NCBI GenBank assembly: GCA_032718475.1
Contig: JAUCBJ010007163.1
Location: forward strand, 1 to 64,000
Direction: 5' to 3'
From: Nemertoderma westbladi
Lineage: Eukaryota > Animalia > Xenacoelomorpha
DNA length: 64,000 nucleotides
Position numbers and translations under genes: made by a program. How positions within the stretch are numbered: position 1 is the first letter of the stretch; every line of letters starts with the position of its first letter. Below are positions 37,401 to 48,200 of this stretch, one piece after another. Under the pieces are notes generated by a model. It saw nothing but the letters and a program-made list of their open reading frames with translations, ran no database searches and was not told where the DNA came from.

Positions 37401-37750
37401 CTGCCCCGACTTATTTGCGCAATGAAATATCTATCCTTGAGGATACCCGTACATTGCGATCCAGCAATCTCTCAAAGCTTTCTGTCCCACTTGTGAAAAA
37501 CACCCTAGCATCGAAGAGCTTCTACTCGTTTGCCCCTCGTTTGTGGAATAAACTACCGCCATCAACCCGATCAACTGAATCCATGATGACCTATGACTCA
37601 TTTATGCGCGAACTGAAAACCCTTTTGTTTACCGGTAATTGTAAATTAGATTAGTGCGGCAGCTGCAGTCGCCCTGATAAGAGTGTAAATACTCCCTAAG
37701 GGCGCCTGCAACACCAAATACAAATATAATTTATTATTATTATTATTATT
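34458..37750 (+). mobile_element. L2/CR1-group LINE (APE + RT) inserted in the accessory ORF
   Basis: YQNVRSL, GGGVAII, GDAN, PTHKDGHTLD, SDH; [50 protein letters not shown]. 3' stem-loop and (ATT)n tail. The 5' boundary is approximate. Confidence 0.92.
34673..37654 (+). pseudogene. LINE endonuclease-reverse transcriptase ORF with disruptions in the APE region
   Basis: ORFs 34673-35164, 35198-35437 and 35528-37654 share one frame, separated by TGA stops. Confidence 0.88.
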
Positions 37751-38686
37751 ACATCCATCCAGTACGTCCATCCAGTACAAGGCGAGAGAACTGGAATTAC
37801 AAAGAACCGTCAAACCCCGAAAATTCCTGACTACTCATGGTCTACCTACGGCTGTCGTACAGATGACTAAAGCAGGACCAGTACAGGATGCTATCCTGAG
37901 ATGGGCCTTAAAGGTTGTGCACATCGATCCCTTGGGTCCTCGAATGAGCGTTTTTTAATTTACAGCCCAATCAAAGGAGAGGTGAGAACCTCCTATCAAT
38001 ATTGATCAACTGAGTATCTCGACCAGTGGATACACTGACTGAATCACAAATCCTTCTGATGCAATTGTATTGCACCCTTCCCCCAGGAGATATATCCCTC
38101 CTAGTAAAGTGGCTCGTGCTGAGGAGAAAAAGACTACTCAAAGTTTTAAGAAACTCCATAAGCGTCATTCTAGAAAGAAGGATTGATTGTTTAAAAAAGT
38201 AAATTTATTAGAATCTATAACTCTAAGTATATTTTATCATCTTAAGTTCCATTTTCTGGAAGCCATGTTAAAGCTTTCGCAGCAAAAATGTGTTGTTTTT
38301 GTGCAATGCGTGAACTACTCTAAAACTTGCATTATCTCAGGAAATTTGAGAGCACGTAAAACGTACGCCCTATAGTGTTTATTTTGGTAAAGTGTAAAGA
38401 GTATTTCGGCAGCTCCAGGACAATACAGCTGCTCTAGTGATGAAATCACCAGACATTGGTCAGTATTTTTTCTTTGTCCCATACCTTCTATGTTATTTAC
38501 CAGCCAATCAGCACAATTTTCACTGTATGGTTTCTTGAGGCCTTGTTTACATATGGAAATGCCACAATGCGACTTTAATTTTCTGATTCCTTCTGACTTC
38601 TGCCCAAGACCATCAGTGGCCAGAAGATTTTCAAACTCAGTAAATTATCTTAGCTGCCTGCACTACTATCTAAATACAACACTCTT

Positions 38687-39945
38687 ATAAAGGACATTTC
38701 GAAACACAATGTTAAAGTCATTGCTGGTGACTTGAATGCGCAAATTGGCCTAGAAGACATCAAGGGTTACACCTATAACACCAGTTCTAACAGAAATGGG
38801 TACTTACTTTTAGACCTAATGGAAGAATGTGAATTGATACCAACAAATAACACATTCGAAAAGAGTAAGGGGAAGCTATGGACCTTTCAATACCCTAATG
38901 GAACCAAAGCACAACTGGATTACATCCTTATAAACAAAAAGTGGAGAAACAGCATGATCAACAGCGAGGCATACAGCTCGTTCAACCTAATTGGTTCAGA
39001 CCACATAATTATGACTGCAGAGATCAGACTCAGTTTGAGAGCCAGCAAACCCAGGACAAGCAAGCAAATCAACTATGACTGGGAGAAACTCAGAACTGAC
39101 AATGATGTAAAGGATGCTTACACCGTAGAAGTAAAGAAAGTGCAGGAAATAAAGTAATCGTTAACGGACATGCGACATGCAGCCACCGCTCATAACATAA
39201 GCTGGAGCCACAAGTCACCAGCCACTGGATCGGTAACAGAGCTGGATTGAGCAATAGACCGAATATAAGAAATTTCTAGAGAGGCTTTGAGAGCAGAGCG
39301 GCTGCCTTGACACTCGATAGTGGCATTAATGCGGTTTATGCACTTCGTAACTCTTCCTCGAACTGGATTAAATCTGCTTTGAGACACTTCAGTCAATGGA
39401 TGAAGACCAGTCCACCGATTCAATATACCAGAATATAATAACAGCCCACAAGGAATCAGCTAAGAGGCATATCCCCCAGAAACCCAAATGAAAACAGTAT
39501 GTGCCATGGCAAAACTCTGAGGTTACTTGTAAGAGAGAAGATCTTAAGATAGCCTAAAAAGTTAAAACCAAACAACCAACAACCGAAAACATTAACAAGA
39601 TTGATATAGCTAAGGACGATCTTAAATTGGCCTACAACATCAGCCAGGAAAAGTACATCCAGGGTAAAATTGAAGCAATTACAACTACTCACATACACCA
39701 ACAACCAAGACTTACCTGGCAAACTGTAAATTAGGTATCTGGTCAGAAAAGTTGTGCAAAGGGGCGCCTCAAAGCCGATAGACTTGAAGAACGTGTTGGT
39801 AAGTGGAAAAATCACTTCAGCTACTTGCTTGGGCAGCCACCAAACATCGAGGTCAGCCCTACAAGAAAAATATATGACAAGACACTACCTATAGAAACAG
39901 GGGACTTTACACCTGCCGAACTCCAAAGAGCATTAAAAGCCTATC
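38687..39945 (+). mobile_element. Degraded RTE-like LINE fragment (APE C-terminus and linker), with an unrelated ~290 bp insert near 39160-39445
   Basis: VIAGDLNAQIG, NRNG.LL, LWTFQYPNGTKAQLDYILINKKWRNS, GSDH. Broken frames continue to ~39945. Confidence 0.8.
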
Positions 39946-40199
39946 CAATTGTTCGCGGTATTTCAACTTTTCATAATGCGAGTTGAATATTTTTCGGATT
40001 TATTTATAATGAATATTCCAATTGTAAAAGCTTTTGCGGACATAACAAGTCATTTTTCCGCAATGCGCAGAATACTCTAAAATAGCCCTAAATTTATCCA
40101 ACTACGCGACAGGAAGGAATTGGAGCTGGTGTGACGACATCTATCAGCTGATTCTTTGTGGACGTGGAATAGTTCTTTGCTCCAGCCAATCAGAGCGAT

Positions 40200-43100
40200 T
40201 GTGGGCGTATCTACTATTGCTGCGAGGCAGCAGACAAACAAAACCTTTGTCTGTAGCAGATACTGTGATCATATATAATAGGGTCCTCTGTGGACCGGTC
40301 AGGGCATGCAGTAAGTAGCCTAGATAAACTGGTGGTACTGACTGACTAACACCGACATACAGACTGTCCAACACCGGTAGGTCTCTCCCCCCTCGTCCCA
40401 GGGTGTCCGTGGGGCGAGCCATATATTATCACCACACCCCCTTACGAGCTCGGATTAGCCATCTAAGGCTGTGCCAAGCTATCAACCGTTCTGTCCTACA
40501 GTCTGTCGGGTTGCTGACGCGTCCGTTTTGGATACCTCGAAACTGAAAGTTTATCGAAGGTCTGAGTTTCCACTAGGGGTTCACGCCAATGCAGTTTCTT
40601 GGTGGGTGTGGGTCCTGTTGGGGCCGCATCCGGTGGTGGAGGGCCCATTGGTGTCGCCTGGTGGGCGGTGTCCGGGATTAGTAAGCGTCGGTTCCGGACA
40701 AGGGTGCGTCCGGACGGCATCCGGACTGTATACTTCCGGTGGGAACCAGTCTCTACGACGGTTCCAGCGCGATCCCATCGCTTGGTGGTCGGGTGTTGAA
40801 CCCTTACCCGGGCGCCTACCGTGAGAGGTTCCAAATCTTTGGCGCCGCGGTTGTACTGGGTGGTCCGGGCCGATTTGATGGCTGGCGCCACCCGGTCTAG
40901 CTCCGTCCGGGTCTCTTGTATAGTCCGGGCGAAGGCGGTGTGGAGAGCTGGGACACGCGTCCGCATTGGGTGTCCGAAGACAATGTCCGCTGGGGAAGAG
41001 CCGCTCTCCCTGGGGCTGTTGCGGAGTTCCAGGAGCCCCTCCAGAAACACTTCGGACGTAGTAGAGCCCCCGGTCTTTACCAGAAGGCTCTTCAGGGCCT
41101 TTACCGCCGACTCGGCGTGCCCATTACTCTGGGGGTATTCCGGTGACGACGTGACCGGTGTGACCCCCCATTCCTTCAGGAATTTCGTCGTCGCTGCCGC
41201 GGTGAAAGGGGTCCCGCCATCCGAGCGAAAGCGGGTCGGCACCCCGTACTGGATGAACCAGTCTCGCAGGGCGGTGATTGTCCGGTCGGCAGTAGGTGGG
41301 GCGGAAAACGAGTACACTTCCGGCCATCCGGAATATCGGTCGGCAGCGGCCAGGAAGTGCTTCGCCCCAAGGGAGAAGAAGTCCCCCGAAACGTCCTCGA
41401 AGGGTCGAGTGGGTGGAGGTTCCGACTGGAACGACTCCTTTGTCTGGCTCGATCGGCCGGTCAGACATTCGCTGCAAGCGCCCACGGTCGTCCGGACATC
41501 GTTAGTTATGCCCGGCCAGTAGACACACTTCCAGGCACGTCGTAGCGTCTTCTCCACCCCCTGGTGCGAGGCGTGGAGGCGCGTAAGGGTAGATTTCCGC
41601 GACGCTGTGGGGACCACAATGCGATGGCCCAGCAGGGCCAGGTCCCCGTCCGTGGTTAACTGGTCCCGGACAGACCAGAAGATGTTCACCGCTGGGTTCG
41701 TCCGGGTGGATTCCGGAAACCCAGCCTCGATAGCCGCGAGTAGGGCTTTGTAGTCCGGATCGTCCCGAGCCAGTCGGGCGAGTTCATCGAGGACTGGATC
41801 CGCGAGGTGGGCGGAATCGGAGCCGGTTATGTCGGCAGCGGTCTGGCGGGTGACGGCCCGGATGTACGTCGCCATTTCGCCGTCGTCCACGATGTCATCC
41901 GGTGTCGGGTCGTCGACGGGGGCGCGGGACAACGCGTCGGCTATGGCGTGGTCCTTCCCCTTTGTCCACGTGGTGGTAAACTGGTAGGGAGCCAGTTTCG
42001 TTTTGAGCCGCTGGAGGCGCGTGTTGTCGGTCGCGTCCACTGTGTACTTGTCGATAATCGTCACCAACGGCTGGTGGTCAACGATTAGGTTGAAGTGTGG
42101 TAGGCCGAGAAGGTACTTACGGCACTTCTGCACTGCCCATACGACGGCGAGCAGCTCGAGTTCTACCATGGCATACCGGGACTCGGTCTCGGTGGTGAAC
42201 CTCGAGCCGCACTCGACCAGCTTCCAGTCCTCCCCGTGAAGTTGGAGGAGGGTGTAGCCGAGGCCCTTCAGCCGGGACGCGTCTGTCACTAGGCGGGTCT
42301 CCCGGGTCGTGTCAAACGGGACGAGGGCCGGCGGTGACGTCAGAGCCAGCTTGGTGGCCTCGAAGGCCCATTCGTGGTCCACCGTCCAGATGAAGGTCGC
42401 CTTCGTGCTTAGGAGGGGACGTAGCGGGGACATCGCGGCAGCGATGTCTGCTGAGAACGGAGAGAGTTGCTCCACCAGTCCGAGGAAGCTCCGTAGATCG
42501 GTGATGTTCCCAGGGCGGGGGAAGCCGGCGATCGCCTTCAGTTTCTCAGGGTCGGCTTTTATCCCGGAGGCACCGACGAGGTACCCAGCGAACCGAACCT
42601 CGGTCTGGGCAAACTGAACCTTCCCCGGGTGTAACGTGATCCCGTAGGTCCAGCACCGCTCCATAAACCTCGCGATGTTCTCCATGTGTTCCTCCATTGT
42701 ATCGTTGTAGAGGAGTACATCGTCTACAACCTTGATGAGGTTAGGAAGTCCCTGGATGGCGTCGTCGCCTCGACGGTTAAACTCGTCGCCGGACGAGATC
42801 AGCCCCATCACACCAGGAGTGTGACAGTACCGGCCCCAGGGAGTCGCGAAGGTGGTGAGGAGTTGGGATTCCTCGTCGAGGGGAACCTGCCAGTAGCCAC
42901 TGGCTGCGTCGAACACGGAGAAAATCTTTGCAGTCGTGGAGACTCCGGCGACTGCGGTCCGTGGATTCGGCGTCGGGTAATAGGGGCGTCGGACCTGCGA
43001 GTTTAGGTGGTGGAGGTCCACGCAGAGTCGCAGTCCTCCATTGGGTTTAGGCGCCACCGTCATCGGATGGGCCCATTCCGTAGGTTCCTCGACCCGGGTG

Positions 43101-45211
43101 ATGACTTCCCGTCGCTCTAGCTTGTCGAGGAGTTCTTTCACCTCGTCCCGCATCGCGAACGGGACAGGTCGCGCGCCGTTGACGTGGAACGGCTTGGCCC
43201 CGTCCTTCAGCTGGATACGCATGGGCGGGCCATGCATCGTTGGAAGAGGCGCGGAGTCGTTGTCAAACACGTCGCTGAACTCGCGGAGGAGATTGTCCCG
43301 GGAGCGGATCGCCGGGGACGGAGCAACAGAAGCGACGGTTCCGCGGCTGTGTAGGGGCGCCGGGAAGGTGTGCGGGAGGATGTCCAGGTCCTGGATGGTC
43401 TTCTTCGAGAGGATCAGTCCGTCGGACTCGGGAGAGATGACCAGCTCGGTGGTCGCCGTCGTCCCGCAGTAGTTGATCTCCACTGGGTACCTCCCCACGG
43501 CCGCCATGGGGAGTCGGTTGGCCGCCTCGAACTTGTCGTCATCTCGAAGCGAGAGGAGGTCGTCGAGTCGCCCTCCGAACCGGAGAAACAGTCCCTGGTT
43601 GAAGATGTTAGCGGCCGCACCACTGTCCGGGAGGGAGTGACGAACCGTCCCCTTGAGGTTCCCGATCCCGGAGTCCGTCAGGCCCACCGCGATATAAGAG
43701 AGTTTGCAGGCTGTTTCCTGATTGTTGGCAACGCTGCTAATACTCTGGCAGTGGTACACTGTGGACACCCTCTTCTTGGTGGCGGATCGGGACCGGCACA
43801 TCCGCTTGATATGCCCCGTCCTGCCACAGCCGTGGCACTTGACCCCCTTGGCGGGGCATTCCGAGCCCGCCTCATGGGGTTCCCGGCCGCAGTTGCCGCA
43901 ACTGCGGCCGCTAGGGTTCCGCCACGCGGGGTCGGGTGATGAGTTCCGGGTGCCCATCAGGGAGCGGGAGATAGCGGGGTTGCGGGAGGTCGAGCATTCG
44001 CGTTTGTACGCGGAGAGTTTGTTTACTGGTTTCCCGCTCGCGAGGATCGAGTCGTTCCGTTCGCTAGCTTCCACGCTCTGCGCGATCCTCACGCAGTCCT
44101 CGAGGGTCGGTTGAGGAAGAACCTTGAGGAGTTCCGTCCGGGTCTCTGAACATCGGAGACCCACTAGGATCTGGGTAACGATCTGCCGGTCGCGGCAGTT
44201 CCCACAGAGCTCCGCAGTGTCTGCGAGATCCTCCAGGGCCACCCGGAAGGAATCGAATCCCTCGGTCGCGCCTTGCCGGCGCTCGTGGAACTTGATCGCG
44301 TCGATCGCGATACTCCTCTTGGCGCGGAGGTGGCCCTGGAGTGCATCGAGGACCGTCTCCGTGGTTGTATCGTCCGCGTCGATGTCCACGTGTAGGGTGA
44401 CGCGGATGGTCTCCTGTAGGCCGCTACCGAGGGCAGCAACGAGAGCGTAAACCTGCTCGGCTCGCGGGAACGTAGCGACATGTTGTCGGTGGGCGTGGAC
44501 CCGCCACGCCTGTCTCCACCGGCGGAACATGGAGAACTCGACGTCCACGTCGATCTTCTCCATCGTCGAGATGTTGATTACCCGGCGTCGGGGAACCGGG
44601 TTCGTGACGGCCCCCGCGTACGTGGGTTGGGTCGTCGGTAGTTCCGGTGTGGCGGCCGCCGCCACGCCGGGTTGTAAAGCCGCGAGGAGTTTAGCGATGC
44701 GGTCGTCCGCGGCCGCCTGTTGTTGAAGTAGGCGGTCATCCGCAGCCTCCTGGCGACGGTTGGCGTCCTCCTGCTGTTGCGCCAGCAGCTGAGCCATAGC
44801 AGTCTGCTGTTGGGCGAGGATTCGCGCGAGGTCGTCCATTCGGATAGGGGCGCGCCTGCCGCCTCGGGCTTCTAGAGTTTCGTCGCCGTCGCTGCTGTCC
44901 GCCGTGGGCGGGGACTTGATCTTCCCTTTGGATTTAGGCGGCATGGGCCCAAGTTATCCTACACACTGCGCCATGTGGGCGTATCTACTATTGCTGCGAG
45001 GCAGCAGACGAACAAAACCTTTGTCTGTAGCAGATACTGTGATCATATATAATAGGGTCCTCTGTGGACCGGTCAGGGCATGCAGTAAGTAGCCTAGATA
45101 AACTGGTGGTACTGACTGACTAACACCGACATACAAGACTGTCCAACACCGGTAGGTCTCTCCCCCCTCGTCCCAGGGTGTCCGTGGGGCGAGCCATATA
45201 TTATCACCACA
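40200..45211 (-). mobile_element. Full-length young Ty3/Gypsy (Mag-like) LTR retrotransposon
   Basis: LTRs 40200-40436 and 44974-45211 (TG...CA; one substitution and one 1-nt indel seen). 5-bp TSD GCGAT. PBS TGGCGCAGTGTGTAGGAT (tRNA-Ser-like). PPT GTAAGGGGG. Confidence 0.96.
40496..44944 (-). CDS. Gypsy Gag-Pol polyprotein, 1482 aa, intact single ORF
   Basis: Two CCHC knuckles, LPDSGA protease, RT (LRLCVD, FDAASGYWQ, VVDD), RNase H (TDAS, YAMVELE, DHQPL, ADALSR), integrase (HASHQG, C..C, SDGG, PQSNGHAE). Confidence 0.96.
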   Translation of the reverse strand: MPPKSKGKIKSPPTADSSDGDETLEARGGRRAPIRMDDLARILAQQQTAMAQLLAQQQEDANRRQEAADDRLLQQQAAADDRIAKLLAALQPGVAAAATPELPTTQPTYAGAVTNPVPRRRVINISTMEKIDVDVEFSMFRRWRQAWRVHAHRQHVATFPRAEQVYALVAALGSGLQETIRVTLHVDIDADDTTTETVLDALQGHLRAKRSIAIDAIKFHERRQGATEGFDSFRVALEDLADTAELCGNCRDRQIVTQILVGLRCSETRTELLKVLPQPTLEDCVRIAQSVEASERNDSILASGKPVNKLSAYKRECSTSRNPAISRSLMGTRNSSPDPAWRNPSGRSCGNCGREPHEAGSECPAKGVKCHGCGRTGHIKRMCRSRSATKKRVSTVYHCQSISSVANNQETACKLSYIAVGLTDSGIGNLKGTVRHSLPDSGAAANIFNQGLFLRFGGRLDDLLSLRDDDKFEAANRLPMAAVGRYPVEINYCGTTATTELVISPESDGLILSKKTIQDLDILPHTFPAPLHSRGTVASVAPSPAIRSRDNLLREFSDVFDNDSAPLPTMHGPPMRIQLKDGAKPFHVNGARPVPFAMRDEVKELLDKLERREVITRVEEPTEWAHPMTVAPKPNGGLRLCVDLHHLNSQVRRPYYPTPNPRTAVAGVSTTAKIFSVFDAASGYWQVPLDEESQLLTTFATPWGRYCHTPGVMGLISSGDEFNRRGDDAIQGLPNLIKVVDDVLLYNDTMEEHMENIARFMERCWTYGITLHPGKVQFAQTEVRFAGYLVGASGIKADPEKLKAIAGFPRPGNITDLRSFLGLVEQLSPFSADIAAAMSPLRPLLSTKATFIWTVDHEWAFEATKLALTSPPALVPFDTTRETRLVTDASRLKGLGYTLLQLHGEDWKLVECGSRFTTETESRYAMVELELLAVVWAVQKCRKYLLGLPHFNLIVDHQPLVTIIDKYTVDATDNTRLQRLKTKLAPYQFTTTWTKGKDHAIADALSRAPVDDPTPDDIVDDGEMATYIRAVTRQTAADITGSDSAHLADPVLDELARLARDDPDYKALLAAIEAGFPESTRTNPAVNIFWSVRDQLTTDGDLALLGHRIVVPTASRKSTLTRLHASHQGVEKTLRRAWKCVYWPGITNDVRTTVGACSECLTGRSSQTKESFQSEPPPTRPFEDVSGDFFSLGAKHFLAAADRYSGWPEVYSFSAPPTADRTITALRDWFIQYGVPTRFRSDGGTPFTAAATTKFLKEWGVTPVTSSPEYPQSNGHAESAVKALKSLLVKTGGSTTSEVFLEGLLELRNSPRESGSSPADIVFGHPMRTRVPALHTAFARTIQETRTELDRVAPAIKSARTTQYNRGAKDLEPLTVGARVRVQHPTTKRWDRAGTVVETGSHRKYTVRMPSGRTLVRNRRLLIPDTAHQATPMGPPPPDAAPTGPTPTKKLHWREPLVETQTFDKLSVSRYPKRTRQQPDRL

Positions 45212-48200
45212 GCGATTTTCCCCCTTATGTCTGACAGAGGCCTATGGAAATTCGCGCAATGCATTACGGTCTTTGTTTACTATTTTTCTGAGCACCAGAA
45301 CCGGCTTGGAATTTTCTGTACTTCTGTGTAGAAGTTTCAGACTTTGGCCTAGAACATCAGATGGCTTTGATTATAAGAACGTAAATCTATTATCCTACCT
45401 GACAATCCACTCACCACCCATCTCACCAGACTTTCATAAGTAACACATACTGACTGTTCACTGCATTATTTTACTTCTGTTTACGGTCTGTTATTAATTG
45501 TTGTTATATTAATGGATATTGCTGTTATATTTGGAGAATACCGATAAATAATCATAAAACCCCCAATCTTCTTGATTACTGAAGGTAAGAGGAACAGGTT
45601 TACCGGTAGCAACTGCGAATTACATTATATTGGTTTTGTGTGAATTAAATGCTATTTCATAATCCCTACTTGTGTCAGTTGCGATCCTCCTTATATATGA
45701 TCAAATTCAGTGACGGTCGGCAGATTAGTGCAAAGTAGTGTGAGAGGTGAGTCGGTGAAGTAGTGTGAAGGATAATAAAGCATCTCCTAAAGAATGCGCT
45801 ATTTACGAAACTCTGTTGCCATCTAGTTGTGATTAGTATAAGTCATAACTCTGTTTTTATACTTAAAGCGCCACGTCCTAAAGGAACTGTTAATATTTCC
45901 CCAAAAGTAAATATATGTCAGAGATTATATAGTAATGGTAAATCGAATAATACAGTAGGTCTACACTGCAATAACTCTCAAGGAATCCGAATCCAGTCTC
46001 CCAAAACCATGGGTGAAAGGTCGCGCACAGACTGGCTTCGGCTGATGTAACTTCAGTACACTAAGTAATTAATATAGGCTAAAGTCGATTTATAAACAAG
46101 AGGACAACTAAAATAGGCAGGTTAAACTGCTAAAGGTCTAAAAGCGCAAACAATAATAGATTTTAAGTTTTTTTATTGCGCCATAGACAATAAAGTCGAA
46201 TTTACTGGTCGGACAGTAAACTGTAGGCCTAACTGCCCAACCACCCGAATGGTACTTACAAGCCCCAGTATTATTTTGATTGTGAAATATTGTATATTGT
46301 AGGCTGTTAGTGGATTAGGGATTGATCACCCCTTATTCCTTTGTATGGTTTACTTATTTCTGTCAGTTTTATTTATCTGTAAGTGTAATATTGAGCAGAA
46401 GGCGTGTAAGCCTGCTCAGATTGTATAAATAATTTGTAGGCCAGATTGTTGTCTAACTGTTGTTAGGTCTGAGGCGATTGCAGTGTGTGTAGAGTGCCTG
46501 TCCGATAAAGTTCTAGTTAGGAAGGTGGGGGCATCCAGTGCTGTAAGGTAAATCCCCCCCCCCCCCCCCCGAAAGAATAAGTCGTACTACTCGGTTAGAA
46601 TGCCTATTAACTAACCATTTCGGAGTCTGCATATACTGTAGTTTATTTAGGCTTGACAGTGGTCTGCCAGCATTTGGTCTGTGTTTTGTTTAAATAGTCT
46701 GCACGGGTAGCGTAATATTTATTATTCAGAGTCTATATGAGTATTCGCAACCTCCAATTCCCCAAGTTTATTCCTACAGTAATTGTGCTTGTTATACATA
46801 CCGTTATAGTTAAATTAACCCCGGTACTACATCAGGGCTGCTTGGCATAGATAAAGACTGGTGATTTTGTGCTCCGGTCACTCCAGCAGATACCGTGGTT
46901 CTTTTGGCTGTTCAAGTATATTTATCTGCTGGTTATTTGTTGTATAAGTACTTGTACCTAATTTAGGGTTTAGAGTACAGTGCTTTCCGAAAGTAATTTA
47001 GTGTATAGGCAGTATATTTGTGTTGTAATGTGGTTAATAGGCACGTTAGCTCTGGTTGGCTTCGGTAATTAACCTCTAGGTAAGGACACTCCGGGTACAT
47101 AATGTAGTACTTATAGAGCTAAGACTATAAGTCGTCAGACGGTGGTATTTCCTTATCTGGACAACGCAATTTACTTACTACTGCTTTATTGTTTTCAAAT
47201 ACCGTGGTTTCCTGTCAGTTTGTAAGAACCAGAAATTCTAACTCCTTGTTAGGCTGGTTTGTAGATTTCTTGTAAAATTACCCTAAAAATTGTACGTGTA
47301 ACTTTTATTGTTTATTTAGAGATTGTAATCTCAACGCATCTGTAATTGTAAGTAATTTGTAGTGATAAGTAACTTAGTAAAGTAGAATTATCTGTATTAG
47401 TGTCTAGCAAGTAGCACTCCACTGAGAGCGTTCAGCTTCTGTGTAGTGACTCCTTATCCAGAAATAATAACATTTATTTCAAATATTGTGAAAAACCCCT
47501 TGTATGAGTATATATATATATTTATAAATCAACTTAATCAGATTTATAAAATAGTAGGCCTGTCATACATCGAATAGGTCTTAATATCAGTTGAACTACT
47601 GCTTAATAACAGTAATAAAGTAAAGGGAAGTAACCCTAAAATTCAGAAATTCTGTTATTATTAAATAATTGACATTACCGGTATTTACGGTAAGCTTATT
47701 ATATTTATTTATATAAATTTAGGCTGAAATTATATACCGGTATTCTGTGACTAATCCTAGTCTGTAAATAATACTTATATATACTATAAGTGTATACCGG
47801 TATTTTAATATTAATTATATATATCACATTACACTGAGTAACGGTATCGGTAACTAACTACTAGGCTTACAGTTGATACTGAATTCCTAAACAACTTACT
47901 TTAACTGTCGTTATAGTAGTAGGCATTCAACTGTAAAATAAATCATGGCTGTAAAAGCTTTTGCGGGATTAGCTAGTCATTTTTTCCCCGCAAAGTACTC
48001 TATAGATGTTTTAACGGACATAAAAGCCGTTTCCTTACTGTACCGGTATTTAGTGGACATAAAAAGCTATTTTTCTGTATGTGTACTTTGGTGGACATAA
48101 CTAGCAATCTTATGTCGCAATACGCGATAATACTCTCTACACAGTGTAGTTCAGATTACGACATCTATCAGCTGATTTGGTGTACTCGTGGAAGTTTCTT

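Larger units (their letters stand above)
32030..38163 (+). pseudogene. Accessory ORF of copy B with a putative DEDDy 3'-5' exonuclease domain; many stops; split by an L2 insertion
   Basis: GVVKYDNEG (ExoI DxE, 32977-32985), LPQPVLEMLFNERIIKLGSAINGDL (ExoII-like), FVDTQ, SIGYLAFQEYGWNFK. The C-terminal part matches copy A (YIRAWEA.ADLHC.SRH.YYPGRAY.GVYAFHPYLF; ARE.EL.RT.KPRKFLT). Confidence 0.68.
30708..38686 (+). mobile_element. BEL/Pao family copy B: diverged LTR element lacking gag-pol, retaining only the accessory gene
   Basis: Partial 5' LTR ~30708-31555 (ends GGTTAAACTGTTAAAGGTCTAAAAGCGCGAGTA, like the other LTRs). The 3' LTR starts TGTTAAAGCTTTCGC at 38266 after TTTTCTGGAAGCCA. 30708-30846 repeats at ~38548-38686. 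Confidence 0.8.
40023..47949 (+). mobile_element. BEL/Pao family copy C: 5' LTR (40023-46152, interrupted by Gypsy) and leader, cut at the gag start codon by copy D
   Basis: TGTAAAAGCTTTTGCG start and AAAGCGCAAACA end. The leader is collinear with those of A and D and ends AAATCATGGC directly before the next LTR. Confidence 0.87.

Noticed and set aside
40471-44726. Many overlapping ORFs on both strands
   Set aside because: Expected by-products of the GC-rich Gypsy coding sequence.
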